Virus record (IMG/VR): IMGVR_UViG_3300032335_000635
Location: 1-30,417 of that record
From: a virus
Lineage: Duplodnaviria; Caudoviricetes
Reading direction: 5' to 3' (one strand)
Length of the DNA: 30,417 nucleotides
The notes beneath the pieces are model-generated. The model searched no databases. It was given only the letters and a program-made list of their open reading frames with translations, and was not told the origin of the DNA. Positions within the stretch are counted from its first letter, which is position 1. The number at the start of each line of letters is the position of its first letter. The position numbers were made by a program, and so were the translations under genes. Shown here piece by piece: positions 1 to 7,229 of the stretch.

Positions 1-226
1 CTCTCTGCGGCGTGTAGTGTCACAGCGTGTCACGGTCCCGTGCGGTATCAACAAAGACAAGTCCCCGTGTTTGTCCCGCTCGGGAACTGTCACTTTTCGA
101 CAGCTTCTTTCAGTAGCGGAGTGTGGCGGTTGGCATTATCGCGGTTTCGTAATAGTGGTGTTCGTCGTTTCGCGGCGGCTAGGCGTCGAATCTGCGGTGC
201 GCTATCTTGCGAGCGTGTGATTATCG

Positions 227-262
227 TGGGCTATACGGAACGGTAGAAACACTGGTTCTCAC
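227..262 (+). mobile_element. attI-like integron recombination site (crossover G/TT at 255-257)
   Basis: TATACGGAACGGTAGAAACACTGGTTCTCAC: AAAC(247-250)-N4-GTT(255-257) simple-site layout with no attC-type hairpin upstream. GTTCTCAC is the exact reverse complement of GTGAGAAC (547-554), the R'' box of the next attC. Confidence 0.6.
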
Positions 263-264
263 GT

Positions 265-591
265 TTACGGCTCGTCCCGCCAGTCGCACAGGTCGCACAG
301 CGGCAGACGGACGCCGTACCCGTTCTCTGCTGTCAGGTCTTCCGTAACGCCAACGTCCCCAAACCTAGACACCATGACGAGTTTGACCGTGCTGCCAGCA
401 GGAATGGGAATTTCCACTTCCTTGCTGTCTCGCAGGTGCAGCATCAAAACGTCGCGTTTCAGTGTCGCGTATCGGTGCGGCCAAGTTTCCGGCTTGTGCG
501 GCATCCAGCCGCGAGACATGGCATGGTGTTCGGCGGCGCGGTCGAAGTGAGAACCAAGCATTGGAGCAGACCCGTCAGCGTCCTGTTTCAT
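265..591 (-). CDS. cassette 1 ORF, hypothetical protein (108 aa, MKQDADGSAPMLGS...VMVSRFGDVGVTEDL)
   Basis: RBS GAAAGGA 7 nt before ATG at 591, both inside attC-A. The stop lies a few bp from the attI-like GTT, so the ORF fills the cassette. Confidence 0.7.
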   Translation of the reverse strand: MKQDADGSAPMLGSHFDRAAEHHAMSRGWMPHKPETWPHRYATLKRDVLMLHLRDSKEVEIPIPAGSTVKLVMVSRFGDVGVTEDLTAENGYGVRLPLCDLCDWRDEP

Positions 592-633
592 ATCAACGTC
601 CTTTCTCGGGCTGCTCAATGCAGCCGTTCTGTG
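547..633 (+). mobile_element. attC site A
   Basis: R'' gtgagAAC (AAC 552-554) ... GTT (626-628). Arms GCATTG[G]AGCAG[A]CCCG / CGGGCTGCTCAATGC pair with two extrahelical bases, the classic attC layout. Confidence 0.85.
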
Positions 634-638
634 GCTAC

Positions 639-962
639 TCAAAAGCAAAACGCCTGCGCCCATCTCAACGCCCAGTATGCCGCTTCGGCAACCTTCATCC
701 CGTTGCGCCTATGTGATCGGTATGCCCTGACGAAAACAACAGGAGCCGCCGCAGTTCTCAGAATCGAACCTCCGCACACCGCCCATCGCGGGACGGTTCC
801 GATGGCCTCTAGCAACATCACTTGCTGCCGGTGCGTGAGAGACTCAAACAATTCGCGGGTGGTGATTGCGGTCGCCATGTCATCCGGCCTGCCAGTGGAA
901 ACAACCCGCACAGAACCAAGCGATGCAACGGACGGCGGGTCAATGTCGTTTGGTGTTGTCAT
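639..962 (-). CDS. cassette 2 ORF, hypothetical protein (107 aa, MTTPNDIDPPSVASLGS...)
   Basis: ATG lies inside the attC-B loop and the stop lies just inside the cassette boundary next to attC-A R'. Confidence 0.6.
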   Translation of the reverse strand: MTTPNDIDPPSVASLGSVRVVSTGRPDDMATAITTRELFESLTHRQQVMLLEAIGTVPRWAVCGGSILRTAAAPVVFVRAYRSHRRNGMKVAEAAYWALRWAQAFCF

Positions 963-1000
963 GCCTTGCGTTCGCCGCTCCTGATCCTGCGTGTTCTCAG
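909..1000 (+). mobile_element. attC site B
   Basis: cacagAAC (914-916) CAAGCGATGCAACGGAC ... CCTGATCCTGCGT GTT (993-995). Its R'' CACAGAAC is complementary to GTTCTGTG at 626-633. Confidence 0.8.
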
Positions 1001-1102
1001 GGTGTCCCCAAACTCATGGCGCACACAGGGCGGTCGGTCAACGTCGTTCCGCTCCTGCTATCGAATGCTCTCCGATTGCTCGGCATATTGACCATCGAAT
1101 CA

Positions 1103-1198
1103 ACACCCTGAGAACCACGCGATGCAGCGGACCCGCGATGCCGCCGTCTGGTTGTAGTTTCGTCAGCGGTCGCGGGCCGCTGATCTCTGGCGTTCAGT
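1103..1198 (+). mobile_element. attC site C
   Basis: ctgagAAC (1113-1115); arms GAT[G]CAGCGG[A]CCCGCGA / TCGCGGGCCGCTGATC; GTT at 1192-1194. ACACCCTGAGAAC (1103-1115) is a perfect 13-bp reverse complement of GTTCTCAGGGTGT (993-1005). Confidence 0.88.
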
Positions 1199-1412
1199 GC
1201 AACAGGTTCACCAATTCGTGTGGCACCATCGCTCGCACCGCCTCCAGTGCGTGCGTCTCGTCCACGCCGGGCGAGCCGTGCTTCAGCCGGCCGCGACAGT
1301 GCTCGTCTATCAGCTCCAGGGCGATCAGGGCATCACGGCCCGCGAGAGCGTAGCGGTGCTCTCTATCGTCATCTGGGTCGCTCAAATCGAATCGGAGGGT
1401 GGCTGTTGCCAT
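1194..1412 (-). CDS. small phage hypothetical protein (72 aa, MATATLRFDLSDPDD...)
   Basis: Protein-like ORF directly preceded by a promoter. Its stop codon overlaps the R' GTT of attC-C. Confidence 0.8.
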   Translation of the reverse strand: MATATLRFDLSDPDDDREHRYALAGRDALIALELIDEHCRGRLKHGSPGVDETHALEAVRAMVPHELVNLLH

Positions 1413-1419
1413 GGGTCAG

Positions 1420-1447
1420 ATTCTACCGCCTTGCCTAGCAGGCGCAA
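1420..1447 (-). promoter_or_regulatory. sigma70-like promoter, probably producing a leaderless mRNA
   Basis: TTGCGC-16 nt-TAGAAT, then 7 nt (CTGACCC) to the ATG at 1412; no SD sequence. Confidence 0.6.
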
Positions 1448-1553
1448 TGCCGTTTTGTGTCCGGTTTGTCGGCCGTCATTGTGTGATGAATTCGCACCAG
1501 TTTTTCGTACCAGAAACGGTGCACAACTGGCCGATGTTGGCCGCAAGTTTGTC

Positions 1554-1783
1554 CGGTACGGCATCCTATTTCGCGGTTATTGCCCGTCAGGCAATCAGCC
1601 GGAAATGCCGTACCGACTCAACACTGGTGCAAGAGCGCACCGGCAGGTGTGCCACTGGGGCGGCCCACTCGTCGCCAAGCCGTTGTCGGGCTGCGTTACG
1701 TCTCGCCCCGACCCGCCGTCATCCGCTGGCTATGAGGGCAGCGTCCAGTTGGCCGGATGTGGCGTCCGACCGGTATGACGGCG
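1554..1783. other. non-coding cluster of inverted repeats / hairpins
   Basis: 11-bp perfect IR 1554-1564/1605-1615 with a paired interior; hairpins 1624-1643 and 1685-1712; 9-bp IR 1714-1722/1775-1783 enclosing two small hairpins. No convincing ORF. Confidence 0.5.
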
Positions 1784-1923
1784 AGCAAAGTGTTTTGTCC
1801 GTCTCTAAGGTGAAGAGCGTCACTATCGCGACTTGATGACCAGATACAACAGGCAAAGAGTCTGCAAAACGTCCCGCACCTCGCGGAGAAACTGCGTGTC
1901 GGTCAGCAACCACGCCAGTCCCG

Positions 1924-2424
1924 TCACGGTTGCAGCGACTCCCACAGCGCAATGTCAGCGGCGTAGATCAGCCTGACCGCCGCATCCTGCCCTGGCGTGA
2001 GCGTCGGCTTTTCGGCCTCGTCGCTCTCAGCAAGAATCGGGATCGGAAGCGTGAGGCCCAGCCACTCGGCACACGCCTGGAGCTGATCCTCAAAGCGGAA
2101 GTAGTTGGTAAAGGGTAGTTGAGGGAGCGCGCCGTACATCGGTGCGGCGATCTGCTCATCAACCGACAGTCCGTGCCTTGCAACCATAGAGCGGAATCGC
2201 TCTACAGGGTTGCGAACAATCACCGCAAGCGTCGCGCCCGATGGCAAATCGGCAGCGGATATCTGATCTTGCAGATACCGCGCCGGGTGCATTCCGCCCT
2301 CTTGCCACGCAGCGTGATTGCTTGGCTCAAACTGTTGCAGCCATGCGGCGACTATTGAATGGGAGCCACTGCGAGTTGCAAGCGCCAGATGCCGGTTGTT
2401 CGTTCCCTTCAAAATGCTGCCCAT
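1924..2424 (-). CDS. sulfotransferase-family (Sulfotransfer_2-like) protein
   Basis: 5'-PSB-like RSGSHS, 3'-PB-like IVRNPVERFRS and FRFED motifs. Confidence 0.6.
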   Translation of the reverse strand: MGSILKGTNNRHLALATRSGSHSIVAAWLQQFEPSNHAAWQEGGMHPARYLQDQISAADLPSGATLAVIVRNPVERFRSMVARHGLSVDEQIAAPMYGALPQLPFTNYFRFEDQLQACAEWLGLTLPIPILAESDEAEKPTLTPGQDAAVRLIYAADIALWESLQP

Positions 2425-2436
2425 GCGTGTGCCTTG

Positions 2437-3861
2437 CTATGTGAAGTAGAGAACCACAGCACCGGCGCCGCTCGGCGTGCCCGCGATGCTTAACCCGCCT
2501 GCCGCTGCAACGCCGCCGCCGCCAAGTCCCGCAGTGCGGGCAGGACCGAACTTCTGATCTGCGCCGCCGGAGCCGAACGCCGCTCCTGTCGCGCACGTTT
2601 CGCTTGTGGAGACGCCAGCCAGAGTGAGCGCCGCGAACAATTCGCTCACGTTCGTTGCAGGCAGGCGTCCGCACGCGGCCCTCGTTCCGTTGCCGCCGAC
2701 AGCGCCGCCGCTTTGCCCGTAATCCCCCCAGCCGCCGCTTGTACCAGCGCCGCCCGTAGTGCCGCCGTCGCCGCCTGAGAACGAGCCTCCAGCCGTCGTG
2801 CCGCCGCCGTTGCCGGTGATCGTCGTGCCTGAGTACGTGACGGTCGTGTTGGCTCCCGCCTGAGTGCCGCCTGTGCGTGCTGCACCGACGCTGTAACTCA
2901 CAGACGTGCCACCAGACACCGACCACGTTTTGAAAGCGCAGCCACCCGCAGCACCAGCAAGATTGCCGACGCTGCCACTGCCCACTGCCCACGCCTTCAT
3001 GCTCGTCGCGCCTGCGGGCACGGTGTACGAGGTGCCAGAGGTCAGCAGCACGGCGGCTGGCGTGAATGATGGCGCGGCGGGCGTCGATGCACCCAACCTG
3101 GCAGAAAGGTCAATGCCCGATCCAGCATTGTATAACGCTGTTACTTCCGCCTCAGAGAGCGCGCGGCTCCACTTCGCCACCTCGTCAATGTAGCCAGTGA
3201 AATACTCCAGAAACCCGGAGAACGAGCGGCGGCCGATGTTGAATTGCGTGGAAGTTGCGGAAAACGATTTGCCGCCAGCGCGTGTGGCTGTTGCCACCGA
3301 AGTGCCGTTTTCGTACAGCGTCACAGCGCCTGCGTTATTAACAAGCGTGTAGTGCCACCATTGGTTAATAAAACTGGCGTTGGATCTATTGGCAGGCGCT
3401 GTCGCAGTTATGAATGTGCCATCTGTATGAAAAATGTTTATGTCCACGCGATTCGCGGTGCCGACGCTATCAAACTGCACCCGGAAGCTGACTTCTCTGC
3501 CGCCAGACTCATCCTTGCCCATGACATGCTGAAAGCCTGTCGCGGTCGCCTGCGGAAACATCCACCAGCTCATCGACCAGTTGCCGTTTCCAAACTGAAC
3601 GTCTGCCCGGCTGGTAATGGAAAGCCATTCGGTGTTCGCCGCCGTGAACTGCCGGGCGTTGTTTACCTTGCCCGCAATGCTCGGCACGGTGTTATTGCTG
3701 GTGAGGTCGTTACCCCTGCCGCTGTTGTCCACCGCCGTCACATCACCAGAGGCAGCCGATTCATTCAAAGGCCAATAGGCCACAAGGCCGCTGCGGAGCG
3801 TCGGGTAGCGGAAGCCGCCAGAGGCTCGGGGCCGCAACAGTCTCGGGCTCATCGGGGACAT
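2437..3861 (-). CDS. LamG/concanavalin A-like domain plus Gly-rich C-terminal domain; probable virion adhesion or decoration protein
   Basis: GLVAYWPLNE, DNSGRGN, WWHYTLV, FTGYIDEVAKWSRALSEAEVTALYN (LamG-like), followed by TSGTSYTVPAG...GAGAVVLYF Gly-rich module. Confidence 0.85.
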   Translation of the reverse strand: MSPMSPRLLRPRASGGFRYPTLRSGLVAYWPLNESAASGDVTAVDNSGRGNDLTSNNTVPSIAGKVNNARQFTAANTEWLSITSRADVQFGNGNWSMSWWMFPQATATGFQHVMGKDESGGREVSFRVQFDSVGTANRVDINIFHTDGTFITATAPANRSNASFINQWWHYTLVNNAGAVTLYENGTSVATATRAGGKSFSATSTQFNIGRRSFSGFLEYFTGYIDEVAKWSRALSEAEVTALYNAGSGIDLSARLGASTPAAPSFTPAAVLLTSGTSYTVPAGATSMKAWAVGSGSVGNLAGAAGGCAFKTWSVSGGTSVSYSVGAARTGGTQAGANTTVTYSGTTITGNGGGTTAGGSFSGGDGGTTGGAGTSGGWGDYGQSGGAVGGNGTRAACGRLPATNVSELFAALTLAGVSTSETCATGAAFGSGGADQKFGPARTAGLGGGGVAAAGGLSIAGTPSGAGAVVLYFT

Positions 3862-3894
3862 ATGAACGACGCTCTTGTAGGTGATGTAGTGCGG

Positions 3895-4158
3895 TCAGTT
3901 CGCCGCGTCGGTGTCGGGCATGCGGGCCGCTGCCGATCGTCCTGGCTGCATGGCGTAGAGCAGGCGGGTCTGCTCCTGGATCGCCTTCGAGATGTCCTGC
4001 TGCGTCTCGCCCAGCTGCTCCACGAACTGCTTGTGCGACTGTACCAGCGGCAGCAAAACGTCTTGCCTCAAAACCCACATGGCGACAATGGCGACCAAAG
4101 TGGGAAAGCCCCACCGCTCCATAATGCCGAACAGGGTGCCTTTCACTTCGTCGGTCAT
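3895..4158 (-). CDS. holin-like small membrane protein (87 aa)
   Basis: Start re-assigned to MTDEVKG (ATGA overlap). One N-terminal TM segment (WGFPTLVAIVAMWVL) followed by a coiled-coil. Confidence 0.55.
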   Translation of the reverse strand: MTDEVKGTLFGIMERWGFPTLVAIVAMWVLRQDVLLPLVQSHKQFVEQLGETQQDISKAIQEQTRLLYAMQPGRSAAARMPDTDAAN

Positions 4159-4496
4159 CGTCGCATCTCCGTTTGCCACCCTAACATCAGTGCCCGATTG
4201 CTGGCAGATTGCAGCCACCACCGCAGCACAGCCTTCACGATCTCGGATAGCAGGGCCGACAGCACGAGCGTGAGGATCACACCCATGCCGTAGTTCTGCC
4301 GTTCGCTTCGTTCGATGCTGCGTGCGATCTCGTGCATGACCATGTCGTAGGACTCGGGCCGGGTCTGCGACATGACCAGGTGCGGGAACTTGCGGACCAC
4401 TCGCTTGGTCAGCCGGGCCACGAGCGGGCGGCCTGCGGCATAGCGGCGCGGTGACAGCTGCGACCACACGTAGGCGTCGAGATCCTCGAGGCTCAT
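4155..4496 (-). CDS. hypothetical membrane protein
   Basis: Start MSLEDLD (ATGA overlap); C-terminal hydrophobic stretch GVILTLVLSALLSEIV. Confidence 0.7.
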   Translation of the reverse strand: MSLEDLDAYVWSQLSPRRYAAGRPLVARLTKRVVRKFPHLVMSQTRPESYDMVMHEIARSIERSERQNYGMGVILTLVLSALLSEIVKAVLRWWLQSASNRALMLGWQTEMRR

Positions 4497-4783
4497 GGCT
4501 TGCAGGCTCCCGTGGTGCAGGTGCCTGTAACCAGCACAGACTTCGCACGCTTGCCGGTGCCTTTGCACACTGGGCACGTCATCACGATCCGGCCGTCGCC
4601 GATCTTCCCGGTGCCGTCGCAGTTGTCGCACTTGTCCGAGGCCGGGGTCATCTGCTGACCGAGCTGCACGGCCATGCGGGCTGTCTCACACGCCAGGTCG
4701 GCAACGATGTCGGGCCGATCAACGGCGGTTGCGTTGACGCAGCCGGCGACGAAGGCCAGGAGCAGGATGCGGGAAAGCCTCAC
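4493..4783 (-). CDS. predicted lipoprotein with a DnaJ-type CxxCxGxG zinc finger
   Basis: GTG start (GTGA overlap); signal MRLSRILLLAFVAG-C (lipobox); CDNCDGTG and CPVCKGTG. Confidence 0.7.
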   Translation of the reverse strand: MRLSRILLLAFVAGCVNATAVDRPDIVADLACETARMAVQLGQQMTPASDKCDNCDGTGKIGDGRIVMTCPVCKGTGKRAKSVLVTGTCTTGACKP

Positions 4784-5691
4784 AGAACGCCTCCCGTCCA
4801 ATCGGGCAGCATGCGTGGCGGGAAGCCTGCGTATCCGCTCAGGGCGAACGAGTCTTCCCCCGAGAGCATCGACGTGCAGGTGGCAGCATCCACCCAGCCG
4901 GCCGACTTCTGGAACTGCGGCGGCAGGTTCGGATCGACGCTGCCCGAGTAGCAATCGCCCCAGCTGTTCACACAGAGCAGGGCAGGGCGTGGCTTCCATC
5001 GCACGCCGGCGAACATCATGCAGTGAGCCCACTGGCCCATCGGCGTCAGGTATCCATCTCGCAGCGTCATTGAGAACCCACGCATGGAGCACACGGCCAC
5101 GGGGTAGCCGTTCTGAATGCTTTTGGCGGCATCCTCAAACGTCTTCACCAGGGCCACGCTCGACACGGTTCGCTTGGCGGCGAACGGCTCAAACCGATCT
5201 GGCACGCCGTCGCGGCCCCATTCCTTCTCGCGGCTGCCGCTGTTGTCGGTGAACGTGACGCCGTCATAGTTCTGCCCATAGTGCAGCGTGCCGCACTTCG
5301 TGACCGCCTTCGCCGCCGCGCCGCCATAGGAGCCGTCGCCCCCGAGGTTCCGGCCGCCACGCACTTCGACGCGAGAGAAGGCGTAGATGCTGGCCTCAAG
5401 CACCCGGCCGCCGTAACTCTCCGACTCACGGCGTAACAGGATGTCACACGCGGCGAGGATGTCGCACGACAAGGCCCAGCCCCAGCCGACGCAGCTGCCG
5501 ATCTTCTGGGCACCACGCTTCCAGCCAGGATCGCAGGCGAGCAGGTACTGCCCGAGGAACACGTCGCGGCTTTCGTCCAGCACGAGATCCGGCCCGGCCT
5601 GGGCGAGCGTCGGGCGGGCGAGCGTGGCCAGGAAGTCATCGGTGCCCTTGCGATCGGGCGCGTACCCCATGAGTGGCAGGAAGTCGGCCAT
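4780..5691 (-). CDS. papain-like (C1-family) cysteine protease
   Basis: QKIGSCVGW (oxyanion Gln, catalytic Cys), AHCMMFAG (His) and VNSWG (Asn). Start at MADFLPL (TGATG overlap). Confidence 0.8.
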   Translation of the reverse strand: MADFLPLMGYAPDRKGTDDFLATLARPTLAQAGPDLVLDESRDVFLGQYLLACDPGWKRGAQKIGSCVGWGWALSCDILAACDILLRRESESYGGRVLEASIYAFSRVEVRGGRNLGGDGSYGGAAAKAVTKCGTLHYGQNYDGVTFTDNSGSREKEWGRDGVPDRFEPFAAKRTVSSVALVKTFEDAAKSIQNGYPVAVCSMRGFSMTLRDGYLTPMGQWAHCMMFAGVRWKPRPALLCVNSWGDCYSGSVDPNLPPQFQKSAGWVDAATCTSMLSGEDSFALSGYAGFPPRMLPDWTGGVL

Positions 5692-6299
5692 CAGCCCCTC
5701 CCGTAGCCAGCCCACGCAATCGCACGGCACGCCTCGGCATACCGCCGCTTCATCTCTGCATCAACCGGCTTCACGTCCAGGCCCACGGCCTCGCTCATGA
5801 CGGCCTCGACGGCTTCACGAAGCCCCGGCATGGTGCCAGGCTGAACGCCAGCCATACGCCGCCAGGCGATGTCGAGCGACAAGACGGTGAAGCCACGCAG
5901 CGAGCGGCTGTCGGTGAAGACGGGCTCCTTCCCCTCTGGGGCAGCGACCACCACAGCGGCCTTCTCCCACACTGATGCCCAGATGGCACGCTCGGCGGGA
6001 TTCGCCCCGGCCAGTGCTCGAGCAACGCCCGCCACTCTCGTCTGCATCTCCACGCTCGGCGTCTCCACGGTGATCGTCGGCACAGGCATGCTCGGCAGCT
6101 GCGGCAGCCTCGGCAGCTGCACGCCAGACGCTACAGCGAGCAGCAAGAGCACCGCGCCCCAACGCATCAGCCCGCCGCCGCTGGCTCGCACGGCCTTGGC
6201 GGCGCGCTCGGCCGCAGCTCTGATCTCCGCCCAGTACGGCGAAGCTGCGAGAGCAGCTGCGGCAACGACACAGCAGGCGCGTAGGAGCGAATCATTCAC
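5691..6299 (-). CDS. hypothetical membrane protein
   Basis: GTG start (GTGA overlap); two hydrophobic segments, then a Pro-rich linker and a helical domain. Confidence 0.7.
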   Translation of the reverse strand: MNDSLLRACCVVAAAALAASPYWAEIRAAAERAAKAVRASGGGLMRWGAVLLLLAVASGVQLPRLPQLPSMPVPTITVETPSVEMQTRVAGVARALAGANPAERAIWASVWEKAAVVVAAPEGKEPVFTDSRSLRGFTVLSLDIAWRRMAGVQPGTMPGLREAVEAVMSEAVGLDVKPVDAEMKRRYAEACRAIAWAGYGRG

Positions 6300-6604
6300 T
6301 TCGCGGCCTCGGCTTGCAGCAGCAGGAACCTGACGAGGTTTTCGCCTTCCTTCGTCTTCAGGATGTCGGCGAGGAGCCGCACGAGCTGATCGTCTACCTG
6401 AGCGCTTGTCTTGCTTGCGAGCCATTCGGCGGCGTCACTCACTACGAGGCTTTTGCGGTACGGGTCGATCTCATTGACGAAGCGTTGGCCATATCCGATG
6501 AGCGGAGCCCAAGCCTGCAGGAGTTGCAGCTGGCGCCAAATGTTGAGATTCGTTCCGTACCGTGCGTACTCGTCGGCAGTGCCCTGGTAGTTCGGCGTGC
6601 TCAT
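6296..6604 (-). CDS. hypothetical protein (MSTPNYQG...)
   Basis: ATGA overlap with the upstream gene; GAGGAGG RBS. Confidence 0.75.
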   Translation of the reverse strand: MSTPNYQGTADEYARYGTNLNIWRQLQLLQAWAPLIGYGQRFVNEIDPYRKSLVVSDAAEWLASKTSAQVDDQLVRLLADILKTKEGENLVRFLLLQAEAAK

Positions 6605-6873
6605 GTGGCGTCCTCCTCCCCCGATTGTGCCGAGTCGCCTCCCGTCTCTGGCAGAGGCCACACGCACGTGTCCGAAACGAACTGGTACACGTCCTGCCAA
6701 CAATCCCCGGCCTCTTCGTGGGCGTCTTTCCGGTCGAGCAAAAAGGGCTGCGTAAACACTTCCTCAAAGCCCGGCACCAGCTTGCCGTCAGCGTCCTGCA
6801 TGGTCAGGTAGACGTACCGCCGGCCGTACTCCACGACGATCCGCCGCTCGATGTGGTCCTGGTGCTGCATCAC
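6601..6873 (-). CDS. hypothetical protein
   Basis: Coupled in the operon by 4-bp overlaps on both sides. Confidence 0.7.
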   Translation of the reverse strand: MMQHQDHIERRIVVEYGRRYVYLTMQDADGKLVPGFEEVFTQPFLLDRKDAHEEAGDCWQDVYQFVSDTCVWPLPETGGDSAQSGEEDAT

Positions 6874-7229
6874 TCGTCCTCAAACTGGCCGAACGCTTCG
6901 CGGGCCTCGTCGGTCATCTCGACGCGCCGCAAGTGGACGTGCTGCGTCTTGATCACCGCCCGCTCTTCACGGGTGCGAGCGTCCCACTTGGCCTGTATCT
7001 CTTTGCACGCCTGGATGATCTCGCGTGGCGTCGGGTCGCGCATGTCGCAGCGCTTAGGCTTGAAACGCAGCCGCCGGTCATTGCGCAGCGGCAGGTGCCA
7101 CACGTCGCGGAGCCTCAGAACTTGGTCCTTGGAAATAGTCCACCGCTGGCACAGTGCCGCAATGGGCATGTGCGTTTCCCAATCGGCGCGAAACGCCGTC
7201 ACGCTAATCGTGGCCGTTACGCCCGCCAT
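6870..7229 (-). CDS. HTH-like protein with DPTPxEI motif
   Basis: Start MAGVTAT; PIAALCQRWTISKDQVLRL resembles an HTH; similar layout to 9787-10113. Confidence 0.65.
   Translation of the reverse strand: MAGVTATISVTAFRADWETHMPIAALCQRWTISKDQVLRLRDVWHLPLRNDRRLRFKPKRCDMRDPTPREIIQACKEIQAKWDARTREERAVIKTQHVHLRRVEMTDEAREAFGQFEDE

Noticed and set aside
1-226. intI gene or short plus-strand ORFs (17-220, 40-246)
   Set aside because: No recombinase motifs, no RBS and non-protein-like translations; treated as non-coding sequence upstream of the attI-like site.
547-1198. CRISPR array or REP/MITE interpretation of the repeats
   Set aside because: The repeats are about 85 bp, divergent in sequence, conserved in structure and separated by gene-sized spacers. 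AAC/GTT ends and cross-site complementarity fit attC.
1784-1843. c-di-GMP-I riboswitch-like words (GCAAAG...TCTAAGG...CTAT)
   Set aside because: No GNRA-capped first stem, the receptor half UAUG is absent, and it is on the strand opposite to the downstream genes.
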